Assembly: GCA_001824275.1 (NCBI GenBank)
Contig: MHWW01000013.1
Span: 1-42,356 of the forward strand
From: Candidatus Zambryskibacteria bacterium RIFOXYC1_FULL_39_10
GTDB taxonomy: Bacteria; Patescibacteriota; Minisyncoccia; Phycocordibacterales; WO2-35-19
Length of the DNA: 42,356 nt
Direction of reading: 5' to 3'
Shown here: positions 23,344 through 31,687 of the stretch, piece by piece
Layout: each line of letters starts with the position of its first letter
Position numbering within the stretch: position 1 is the first letter of the stretch
The notes under the pieces: generated by a model
Told to the model about the DNA's origin: nothing
Database searches by the model: none
Seen by the model: only the letters and a program-made list of their open reading frames with translations
Translations under genes and position numbers: made by a program

Positions 23344-25152
23344 TTAATTTTTAAGTGTCGGATCAGCAAGCAGTTCTTTTAATTCCGCCAAAGCAATTGA
23401 AGGAAAGGGGTATTCATTTACCCAATCTATCGTTCTAAAATCGTCAGCCAGTGCGATGAGGGCAGGAAATTTACCTTCAAATTCTCCACTTTCTCCTTTA
23501 TTTACAACATATTCTCTTGGTTCGAACCCCACAATTTCGGACCTTGCAACTTGGAGTCCATTTATGTAAGCAGAAATTGATTTAGTGTTGTTAATCCTAA
23601 CTTTTCCACGATTAAACAGAAGGTTCGAACCAAACTTAACTAAAGCATCCCTCTTTTTTTCAAACGGTCCATTTTCAAGTAGCTCCGACATTTCGATAGA
23701 TAAATTTACAATTTTTTTCGCTTCACTAACCCAATCTATATTTTCAATCTCGGCCAGCTTTTTATTTCCTTGAATCGGGCTAATTTGCCTCTTGGCGAGA
23801 CTAAACTCCTCGTCGTTGATCAAACCTCTGTCATGCATATCCAAGAGCCTTAGGAGCTTCTTTTGGCCGTTTTCGGAGGATTGCTCGTTTGAACGAGTTA
23901 CCGCCTTATTTTCTTGAAGCTCTTTGTCTTTGATTTCGTCAATATGTCTTAATGCCCAGTCTGCTAACCCTTTGGAAATCTGGAAGTTTTGGACCAAGTA
24001 GTCAATCACTTCGCCATTAAGCTTCTTCTCTTCGATACTCACAGCCTTAATTCCGGGGCTTTTTCTTTCTTTGACGCTGGCGTAGAAAACATAGTTTTTA
24101 AATTTCGGCCTGTTCATATTTTGGATCTTGATACCACACTTTGGGCACTGGTCCTGGTTGATGTAAGAAAACTTATGCTTGCACGCCGTGCATCTTATTT
24201 GAAATTTTGGGTCTCCGACTACAGCACAATTGTTAACCTCATCCCAAATAAGACCACCATACAGCAGGTTTCTTTTTTGTGATCGCGGCCTGCCTTTTTT
24301 ACCAAGCATGTCTTGAATTTGCCAATACTGATCCTCGGTTATCATTCTTTTCAGTTTTTTATCCAAATCTTGCCTTACTACCTCACCATCTTCTTTGGCA
24401 TAATAAAAGAAGCCGGCATATACGGGATTTCTCAAAAGAAAATACAGATATGAAAGAGAGATTAATTTACCACCCTCTCTTTTCCTTGGGGGCGTAGTCA
24501 ATTTTAGTTCGTCCCGCGCTATAAAATAAAGTTTTCTCACAGAATACGTCCCCTCAAGAAATTTTTCAAAAATCATTTTAACGAGAGGCCACCTAACAGG
24601 ATCCTCATACCAGTCTCTGTTGCCTTTCTCCCTGGTCATATCATTAAAATACCCTATATGAGCCAAACCGTTCGGTAGCCCTTTAAGGTATCTTGTTCTT
24701 AAGCCAGTCTTTACGTGCTCGCTCTTATCGTCCGAGTCCTTCTTTGAAAAAATAAGCTCTAAAGCGAGAAATGCTTTATCTGTTGCTGTATTGTAGTAAA
24801 CTTTAGAAGGAGTTCTAACCTCTACCAATTTTTTAAGATCCATAAAATAGATAATCATCCCAGCATCAACAGGATTTCTGGATAGGCGATTGGGGAAAAG
24901 GACGAGCAATCCGTTTGCCTCTCCGGCACTAATTCTCTGGATCATTTCGTTAAATTTCGGTCGGCCCGGAGTATGGGCACTCTGCGACTCGTAAATAATG
25001 TCAACAATTTCCAGTCCGTTTTTCTCGGCAAACTCCCCGAGTTCTCGGATTTGAGTTTCGATGGACTGGACCTGTCTATCCTCGGCTTCGCTCGATTTAC
25101 GGCAATATATGAAATACCTTAATTTTCTAATGACCGGCATTAAATTTTTCAT
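23344..25152 (-). CDS. large serine recombinase 2
   Basis: IYCRKSSEAEDRQ, GRPKF, NRLSRN, NPVYAG, zinc insert CTAC...CPKC, GSNL, FEP, DDFRT. Confidence 0.95.
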   Translation of the reverse strand: MKNLMPVIRKLRYFIYCRKSSEAEDRQVQSIETQIRELGEFAEKNGLEIVDIIYESQSAHTPGRPKFNEMIQRISAGEANGLLVLFPNRLSRNPVDAGMIIYFMDLKKLVEVRTPSKVYYNTATDKAFLALELIFSKKDSDDKSEHVKTGLRTRYLKGLPNGLAHIGYFNDMTREKGNRDWYEDPVRWPLVKMIFEKFLEGTYSVRKLYFIARDELKLTTPPRKREGGKLISLSYLYFLLRNPVYAGFFYYAKEDGEVVRQDLDKKLKRMITEDQYWQIQDMLGKKGRPRSQKRNLLYGGLIWDEVNNCAVVGDPKFQIRCTACKHKFSYINQDQCPKCGIKIQNMNRPKFKNYVFYASVKERKSPGIKAVSIEEKKLNGEVIDYLVQNFQISKGLADWALRHIDEIKDKELQENKAVTRSNEQSSENGQKKLLRLLDMHDRGLINDEEFSLAKRQISPIQGNKKLAEIENIDWVSEAKKIVNLSIEMSELLENGPFEKKRDALVKFGSNLLFNRGKVRINNTKSISAYINGLQVARSEIVGFEPREYVVNKGESGEFEGKFPALIALADDFRTIDWVNEYPFPSIALAELKELLADPTLKN

Positions 25153-25183
25153 GACTTTGTAAGTTAATCTTATAAACGGAAAA

Positions 25184-25273
25184 GGGGTAACAATAGGAAC
25201 TTTAATCGCCAGACTAAAGCATTGTTACCCCGCCTCTATATACAAAATTATTGCGTTTTAACTTTAGTCTGGC
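25184..25273 (-). promoter_or_regulatory. H-type pseudoknot or two-state switch in the recombinase 2 leader
   Basis: Perfect 12-bp GCCAGACTAAAG/CTTTAGTCTGGC and 11-bp GGGGTAACAAT/ATTGTTACCCC stems interleaved ABA'B'. Confidence 0.7.
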
Positions 25274-25275
25274 TT

Positions 25276-25872
25276 TCATATTATATTACGATTTTCCTTA
25301 ACATTCCACCTAATTTCTTTCTCCCATTTGACCCTGTCCAGATCTTCTGACAGATTATTGTATCTCAACAACTTCTTTGTTTCGCGGCCCTTCCACTTTA
25401 AGCTTCTTGGCATGTGCTTTTCAATCTTTTTCATCCTCTTTTCTATAATTATTTTTCTGATGTCTGGATGCCATCTCAATTTCTTGGTTAATAACTGAGA
25501 TATGTATTTTAGACTATGGCAGTGCCTGCACAGGAAACGCCCCTCGAAGAAATAGATGGACACTACACGGCGGAAACAGCCCGGACATATAAACCAGTAT
25601 CTGAAACCGCCAAAGTTGCAGGAAATTCTCTGCAGGTTTATTTTACAATCATAATCTATGTAAGAACTATTATAAGATCTTCTATCGTGTATATATTCAA
25701 GCTTTATATATGGGTATCTATAGTCAAGATGTATCTCGTAATAAATATCCCCGTCTACAATAAGCAAGTTGTCCCAACATAGAGTGCCCGTCTTGTATCC
25801 ATTTCTAAAATTCTCCAACATCATTCGGGTATGGATATTTTTTGATAATTCAATTATTCGTGTGGTTTTCAT
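25276..25872 (-). CDS. Cys-rich zinc-binding protein of mobile-element type
   Basis: GGFRYWFICPGC.RR...Y...FLCRHCH.L.Y.SQ. Confidence 0.8.
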   Translation of the reverse strand: MKTTRIIELSKNIHTRMMLENFRNGYKTGTLCWDNLLIVDGDIYYEIHLDYRYPYIKLEYIHDRRSYNSSYIDYDCKINLQRISCNFGGFRYWFICPGCFRRVVSIYFFEGRFLCRHCHSLKYISQLLTKKLRWHPDIRKIIIEKRMKKIEKHMPRSLKWKGRETKKLLRYNNLSEDLDRVKWEKEIRWNVKENRNII

Positions 25873-25916
25873 ATCGTCTCGTCAACCGAACTCATTAAGA
25901 GTTGGGTTAACAAAAT

Positions 25917-26099
25917 TTATTGCTCTTCTAAGCTTTCTTTAGGTTTAAAATAGTCTGTAAATATCTCATCAGTAAGTTTCGACATAGTCTTACCTTTATC
26001 TGTAGATTTCCATTTCAACAACTTATGGTTGTCTGTGCTTATTCTTATTAAACGCGTTTCTCTTTTATATTTCTCTTTTTGTTCTTTTATTGTTGGCAT
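25917..26099 (-). CDS. ribbon-helix-helix-like small DNA-binding protein
   Basis: TRLIRIS.DNHKLLK......TMSKLTDEIF strand-helix-helix pattern. Confidence 0.65.
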   Translation of the reverse strand: MPTIKEQKEKYKRETRLIRISTDNHKLLKWKSTDKGKTMSKLTDEIFTDYFKPKESLEEQ

Positions 26100-26100
26100 T

Positions 26101-26343
26101 TTATTTTCTTGAATAATTTTTATTAATTATACTAAGCGGATGTTCTTCGCATCTACGCGGTGCTTCTAATGCTCTCTTTATCATTTTAAACCACACATTA
26201 AACATGGCTTCCATATCTAAGTGCTTATTTTTAAGTATTTCCAATTCGATTTTGTTTAACTCTCTACCATATTTACACGTTGTTAGTTGTCGTATTAATT
26301 CCTCGTAGATTTTAAATGCATACACAGTTTTATTTTCAAACAT
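26101..26343 (-). CDS. hypothetical protein
   Basis: ORF with a 1-nt gap to the RHH gene. Confidence 0.6.
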   Translation of the reverse strand: MFENKTVYAFKIYEELIRQLTTCKYGRELNKIELEILKNKHLDMEAMFNVWFKMIKRALEAPRRCEEHPLSIINKNYSRK

Positions 26344-26656
26344 AATTTATTTTGTTAATTTATAATTTTGTTTACTTAACCCCCGGCCCGGATTTTTCGA
26401 CCCCCTCCCTCCTCCGCTTCCCTCTGATGATAAAGTCTTTCCTTGTTCCTTGCAGACAGCCCTAGTTTAGTTTGATTAGTTTCTTTCCCGTCATATTTGG
26501 GAGCAGACGGAACTAATTAAATTACCAGAGCGCGCCCTCTCTCATCATCGTCGGTCGCGTTGTCGGTTGGCCTGCAACCCTTCGGATTTCTCCGACCACG
26601 TGCAGATGTGGCCCGGGCCAAATGACCCTAAATTATCCACTTAACAAATGGACAAT

Positions 26657-26830
26657 TTAGGAACTTTTGGCTAAGCTGACTTTATATTTGATAATTACTG
26701 CCATGATCCCGAGCAACCTGGCCCCAAAGTCATTCAAATCATCTTCGCTAAAAAGCGCGAGACCCCTTTCTCCGATGTCTTTCCGGAGAATTTCTCTAAG
26801 CTCTTCTTTTGCTTTTTGGCTGAGTTCCAT
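26657..26830 (-). CDS. 57-aa helical microprotein (not in ORF track)
   Basis: MELSQKAKEELREILRKDIGERGLALFSEDDLNDFGARLLGIMAVIIKYKVSLAKSS. Same slot as 12558-12743. Confidence 0.65.
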   Translation of the reverse strand: MELSQKAKEELREILRKDIGERGLALFSEDDLNDFGARLLGIMAVIIKYKVSLAKSS

Positions 26831-26943
26831 TCATTCATTTTAAATTGCCCCTTGCAGTAAAACCCGACTTACTTTTTACAGATGAAAAGAAAAAAACCGC
26901 TTTTTATAAAGCAGTTTTTATTCATATTGTGTTATCCACAAAC

Positions 26944-27792
26944 TTACTGGAACTTACTCAAATTCTTTTCATAAGTGCCATTACCGATACGTTTAATTTT
27001 AATTAGAAATTTATACTCTCCATTTTCCAGTTTAATAACGTCTTTTAACAAAAATCCCGCTCTTGCATACATAGGATTGTCCTTGTTTAAATTCCAATAC
27101 TTATGTGCTTGATTTCCATAATCATCTACAGCAAGTCTGTGTGGAGACTTAGAAATATCATAGAGCAATCTGCCACTTTTATTTATTTTACCGCTTAGGC
27201 CCTTAAAGGGGGCCGTTAGAGGGGGCTTTATGGAGTAGTCATCATTTACCAGATAAATAAATTTATCACCTCGATCTTTAGTGTATTCAACTACTGTTAT
27301 GAATTTTATTTCTTTAGTTACTAGTTTAAATTTGGAAGGATGTTTCCCAACTTTTTTTCTGACTTCTTGCAGAATATCAAGTTTTTTATAAGTCTCTTCC
27401 CTTATATTTTTGACCCATTGTTGGCCTTCTTCCTCTGACACTAGCAAATCTTCTTCAAGGTTTGTTACTGGAACTGAATCGGTTCTAGAGAATTTTTCAA
27501 ACTCGTCTAGCAGATATTTTTTATGTATCTCTAATAATCTTCTTGCTGTGCTTTTCCATTTCAAATACATTCTCCTGAAATCTTGGTGGAAATATGGCTT
27601 ATTGGACTTATATCGATCTAATATACTTTCTTCCGTGTATGCAGTAATTTCTTGACCGGTGGAAATAAGCTCATAAAGTTTATTTTGGGTATCTTTGATA
27701 GAATAATCCTCTAAAAAATGGCTCAAATCAAGTTTAAAATGAACTGGACCTTTATTAGTCACCATTTTATATAGTTTATCTTTTCCTCCCAT
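26944..27792 (-). CDS. hypothetical protein, positional counterpart of 12854-13564 (putative regulator)
   Basis: Divergent from RNA motif 2. Helical N-terminus with Y.KW...A like its counterpart. Start may be 27765. Confidence 0.65.
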   Translation of the reverse strand: MGGKDKLYKMVTNKGPVHFKLDLSHFLEDYSIKDTQNKLYELISTGQEITAYTEESILDRYKSNKPYFHQDFRRMYLKWKSTARRLLEIHKKYLLDEFEKFSRTDSVPVTNLEEDLLVSEEEGQQWVKNIREETYKKLDILQEVRKKVGKHPSKFKLVTKEIKFITVVEYTKDRGDKFIYLVNDDYSIKPPLTAPFKGLSGKINKSGRLLYDISKSPHRLAVDDYGNQAHKYWNLNKDNPMYARAGFLLKDVIKLENGEYKFLIKIKRIGNGTYEKNLSKFQ

Positions 27793-27809
27793 AATGTTAA
27801 TATGTAAAC

Positions 27810-27967
27810 ATAATTGAATAGAGTTTGAAAGGACCTAACCTCATTGCTTCGGCAGTGAGCACGGTCCAAAGTCGAGTAAAGCGTAAAAAGGCCCAACGGG
27901 CTCGCTTTACTCGCCATATCGGGAAACCGGTATGAGAGGCTTCGGTCTCTACCCGTTTGGGCTTTTT
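27810..27967 (+). ncRNA. conserved structured RNA motif, copy 2
   Basis: Follows TGtTAATAT (27795-27803). Same stem order as copy 1 with compensatory changes, and UUCG and GAAA tetraloops. Confidence 0.8.
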
Positions 27968-27999
27968 GCGCATAAGACAAAAAGTCCACCAACAAAGAT

Positions 28000-28482
28000 A
28001 TGTTTGGCTGGACAAAAAACAATACAACAACATCTCAGTCGGATAAAAAGGAAGAAAAAACTTCTTTCTTCTCTTGGCGTATTAGTGGTCCAGAGTTAAA
28101 AAGACAAATTGAAAATTATCACACTTTTAAAATCACCGAGTCATATCGTGGCATATCAACAATAATAATTATTGCAATCTTTGGTTTGGTATCTCTCCTA
28201 AGTCTTTTTAGTATTGGTGTTGAACCTTCAGAAAAAGTAATCAGCATATTTTTTAATGCGGTGGTTATGCTACCAGTAGCATTCTTTGTGTATAAAGGTC
28301 ATCGCTGGGCAATAGTAGTTATGGTGGCGTTAATTACTTACGGTGTTGGTTCCTATCTTTTAGAAAGTGGCAAGATATCGGTTCTTGCTATTTTCATTTG
28401 GCTACTTCTTATCCCGCGTTTTTGGAAAGCGTTAAAGATTGAGAACGAAAGACGGAAAGTTAAAGCTCCGTCAACATTTTAA
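28000..28482 (+). CDS. four-TM membrane protein
   Basis: Hydrophobic helices. First gene of cargo array 2. Confidence 0.8.
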   Translation: MFGWTKNNTTTSQSDKKEEKTSFFSWRISGPELKRQIENYHTFKITESYRGISTIIIIAIFGLVSLLSLFSIGVEPSEKVISIFFNAVVMLPVAFFVYKGHRWAIVVMVALITYGVGSYLLESGKISVLAIFIWLLLIPRFWKALKIENERRKVKAPSTF

Positions 28483-28500
28483 TAATAGTTAAACGAGTAT

Positions 28501-29340
28501 ATGAAAAAGAAATATATATTAACAACGATTGCTCTCATTGTGTTTGTTGCTCCACAAGTGGTCTTTGCCTCTTGGTGGAACCCCCTGACTTGGAAAGTTT
28601 TTAAGTTTTTACAGAAGTCGGAAGTAAAAACCGAACAAGTTATGAACGCTCAGGAAGCCTTAAACACAGAAAACAATGATCAGCCGTCAGAGTTGGAGGA
28701 GTTAAAAAAAGAAATAGAAGAGCTGAAAAAGGCTCAAACTTCTAATACCACAAAAAATACCCCCGCTAAACAGCCGGTCCAGTCAGCAACGGTAAAAGAT
28801 GTCGACCCCACACCAATTACCGTATCAATCCCCCAATATAATGCCCAACTATGCATAGCTATTAATGAGGAGGAGAAGTTGTTGAATAAAAACCTATCCG
28901 TATCCATCGGGTATTTCCAAAGGGACTTAATACCTGTATTTGATGCTCAAGTAAAAACAACAGACTATACGCAAAGATATGACAACCTAACTAAAGTAAA
29001 GACCTCATTTTTTAAAGCTTTAAGCGATTTTAAAAACAAAGATATTGCAAGAATAAGTTCTTCCTACTTGGATCCTGTTTATATAAAAGAATTAAAGGAT
29101 ACACTCACAGCTCTTGCGGACGGATATGAAGATGTTTGGGACCAATTTCAGATAGATAGTTTGAAGCTCAAAAGTATAGATTTTTACGACAGCTATGACA
29201 AAAATATAGGCTATGCCCTCATAGAAAAAGACTACGATTTGCTAAAAGAAAAAAATAAACTACTGCTTAAATCTATAGAGCTCTGGGAGCTTACATTTGA
29301 TAAATATAAAGAAGTGAAAGTTAAAAATTCTTGCTCTTAA
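28501..29340 (+). CDS. secreted coiled-coil protein with ASWWNP motif
   Basis: Signal peptide ending VFA-SWWNPLTW, then coiled coil LEELKKEIEELKK. Confidence 0.8.
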   Translation: MKKKYILTTIALIVFVAPQVVFASWWNPLTWKVFKFLQKSEVKTEQVMNAQEALNTENNDQPSELEELKKEIEELKKAQTSNTTKNTPAKQPVQSATVKDVDPTPITVSIPQYNAQLCIAINEEEKLLNKNLSVSIGYFQRDLIPVFDAQVKTTDYTQRYDNLTKVKTSFFKALSDFKNKDIARISSSYLDPVYIKELKDTLTALADGYEDVWDQFQIDSLKLKSIDFYDSYDKNIGYALIEKDYDLLKEKNKLLLKSIELWELTFDKYKEVKVKNSCS

Positions 29341-29349
29341 TACTAAACT

Positions 29350-29640
29350 ATGAAAAATGCGCTCAATATGTTTTTAGAGTTTTGGAGGTTATATTTTTCA
29401 AGTGTATTTTGGATGATTGTATATCTGCCGCGCCTAATGCTCTGGTTCCTGATGATTTTGGGACCCGTCGCACCTATTGTCATCATTGGCCACAAAATAG
29501 CTGAGACGCCCGGGTCCGAAGGATTTTTAATTGCTACGAATGTAATCTCCGCCGGCCTAATCTATTACCTCTTGGAACACACAAAATGGGGCGAATGGAC
29601 CAAGAAAGTATCTCCGTTAAAAGACTACCCGGATGATTAA
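29350..29640 (+). CDS. small membrane protein
   Basis: Hydrophobic helices, with array spacing. Confidence 0.7.
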   Translation: MKNALNMFLEFWRLYFSSVFWMIVYLPRLMLWFLMILGPVAPIVIIGHKIAETPGSEGFLIATNVISAGLIYYLLEHTKWGEWTKKVSPLKDYPDD

Positions 29641-29659
29641 ATTTTATACATTTTAAAAT

Positions 29660-30136
29660 ATGGACAAACAGGAACTTTTTAACACAGTATTTCGCCAGAT
29701 GTTGGATTATGCTGACAATGATTTTGTTAAACATCTTGCTGATTGGGGAGTAGAAATATACGACTTGCTTGATAGTAATAATAAGATAATTTATACATAC
29801 CAAAATGAATTGAATTATGACCAATTTATATACGCAGTAGCTCTTGCCCGCATCGTTGGTTTGTTTGGAATGCGCGCCTTCAATGACCACCTATCGGACG
29901 AAATAGAATTTGGCGATCCTTTGCCAAAAACAAGACTAAAGAATATATGGGTCCCTGTGTATTCCAAAATAGACGAGATATATTCGGCGCTTATTGATAT
30001 TTACAAACAACAAGGAGAGGACGACCCAAACCACAAAATTTTGTCATCGTTAAAAGAAGTTTTTGGAGAGATTAGTCAGACAAGTTCCAATGAACCACAA
30101 GCATACGATTTTGTGAGAAATCGTTTTAATTATTGA
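29660..30136 (+). CDS. hypothetical protein
   Basis: ORF in the co-oriented array. Confidence 0.7.
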   Translation: MDKQELFNTVFRQMLDYADNDFVKHLADWGVEIYDLLDSNNKIIYTYQNELNYDQFIYAVALARIVGLFGMRAFNDHLSDEIEFGDPLPKTRLKNIWVPVYSKIDEIYSALIDIYKQQGEDDPNHKILSSLKEVFGEISQTSSNEPQAYDFVRNRFNY

Positions 30137-30141
30137 ATAAT

Positions 30142-30618
30142 ATGACATATCACATTAAAAGACCGAACTATATGTGTAAAAAATGCGCTGTTATATACAT
30201 TCCTTTCAATAAGGACATTGCCTGTCCTAATTGCGGAAATCAGGCAGATACGGAGGAGCATTTTGATTTTATTATTGATATAGCGAACTCTATGAAAGCC
30301 CACAAAATACGATACGGTTCTTTTATGCCACCGGCTTTCTTTTGCGATGGCTCATTGGCCGCAAATATACAGTCAAGCTGTCTCAAGATTTTTGACAAAT
30401 TTGAAGCAGCAAAACCCAAGGATGAGAAAGGCTGGTTATCAAAGGCCGTGGTAGAAAAAATCGAGTTTTCCGAGGAATATAAATATCTGATTAAACACAT
30501 CACTGATATTATTTTTAGTATATATGGGCTATATAAAAAGCAAAACAAGTTCGCTCCATCAAAACTCAAGAGATGGCTTTCGGAAGAGTTAAAAAAATTA
30601 TTGCCTTACCTACCTTAA
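30142..30618 (+). CDS. hypothetical protein with N-terminal zinc ribbon
   Basis: CKKC...CPNCG. ATG 30142 preferred over TTG 30133. Confidence 0.7.
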   Translation: MTYHIKRPNYMCKKCAVIYIPFNKDIACPNCGNQADTEEHFDFIIDIANSMKAHKIRYGSFMPPAFFCDGSLAANIQSSCLKIFDKFEAAKPKDEKGWLSKAVVEKIEFSEEYKYLIKHITDIIFSIYGLYKKQNKFAPSKLKRWLSEELKKLLPYLP

Positions 30619-30622
30619 TGTT

Positions 30623-31093
30623 ATGGCATCTAATCCTTTAAAAAGAAAGATTGAAAAAATAAAAAGAGCAGTTGTTGGAGCTATGGAAGAAAGCGAGCTG
30701 ACCCGTATGAAAGCCAAATATTACATCGATACTTTGTGGCCGGAGGAGATGGAAAAAGCCGCCAAAATACAGCTACCTAAAAAATTCTCTCGGTGGTTTA
30801 ATCAAAAGGTTATAGTCCGCAGAGGGCAAGGAAATACCATTGATGTTTCAACACTGTCTGGTTTTGAGGATTATCTCAATAAATCAAGAGAAGCTTATTA
30901 CAAAATTAAACCCGCCTCTCCTTATGAATTTAACTTCTTTCCAAGGTGGGCTTGTGGACCGATTTTTCAAACAGAGATAGATAAAGCCGGTGTGCTATTT
31001 GTGCCGAAGCAGACATATCAAAACTTAAAATTGCCAGGTGTATTCGTGTTTAAAATAACTAAAAGAGGACTTGAAATAACTGCTAATAAGTAA
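30623..31093 (+). CDS. hypothetical protein
   Basis: Last gene of array 2, convergent with terS-like 2. Confidence 0.7.
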   Translation: MASNPLKRKIEKIKRAVVGAMEESELTRMKAKYYIDTLWPEEMEKAAKIQLPKKFSRWFNQKVIVRRGQGNTIDVSTLSGFEDYLNKSREAYYKIKPASPYEFNFFPRWACGPIFQTEIDKAGVLFVPKQTYQNLKLPGVFVFKITKRGLEITANK

Positions 31094-31598
31094 AGGTCTT
31101 CACATCATTGAGTTTTGCATCTTTACCAGTGCTGAGCATTTTAATCAATGTGTTTATGCTTTCTAATGTTGGGTTTACATCATCCTCTTGCTTATCTGGT
31201 TCTTTTTTATAATATCCCTTGAGTTTATAAGCCATATCTAAACCTTTAATAACGGCGTTAGTATCTAATTCTTCTATCTCCATTACCAATTCCCCATGAC
31301 GCGTTGTCCTCACTTTCCGTGGCACGGTTAAAAGCTCCAAATGTTTCTTTAGCAATAAATCATCCGGTATTCTATCTGCAAAACTTTCTATAATCCTACA
31401 AATCTTAGGTTTTCTTAAGTTTTCTGAAGCTATTACAGCGGCACTGTTTCTGTTTTTTACATTATAATTTCTTACTGCTGCCTCCGTTCCATTACCAGTC
31501 AGAATATAGTCTTTTATGAACCCTGCCTCTTTTTTAGAGACCGAATATTCACCCCTATTTCTAATTGTTATTGGATTTTCTGTAAGGGTAAGTTCCAT
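31083..31598 (-). CDS. terminase small subunit-like protein 2
   Basis: FIKDYILTGNGTEAA..Y....SAAVIASENLRKPKI and KGLDMAYKLKGYY. ATG 31598 preferred. Confidence 0.8.
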   Translation of the reverse strand: MELTLTENPITIRNRGEYSVSKKEAGFIKDYILTGNGTEAAVRNYNVKNRNSAAVIASENLRKPKICRIIESFADRIPDDLLLKKHLELLTVPRKVRTTRHGELVMEIEELDTNAVIKGLDMAYKLKGYYKKEPDKQEDDVNPTLESINTLIKMLSTGKDAKLNDVKTFTY

Positions 31599-31687
31599 AG
31601 CAAAAATTGTATCATATATTATTTTAACAATACCAACAATTAACAAACTTATTCCAGCCCCCAACGAAGATATAGAGGCTATTTATT

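Noticed and set aside
25153-25278. Stop-codon readthrough fusing the zinc protein to recombinase 2 via the pseudoknot
   Set aside because: The genes are in frame, but a TAA follows four codons after the TGA.
12326-26880. CGACTT/TTTAC sequences (12327, 26865) as targets of the RNA motif's AAAGTCG and GTAAAAA segments
   Set aside because: The matches are short and AT-rich, and on the wrong strand to pair with the leftward mRNAs. They are not distinguishable from chance by eye.
26932-26940. Perfect DnaA box as a chromosomal origin
   Set aside because: It is an isolated box inside an island, with no cluster and no dnaA/dnaN context.
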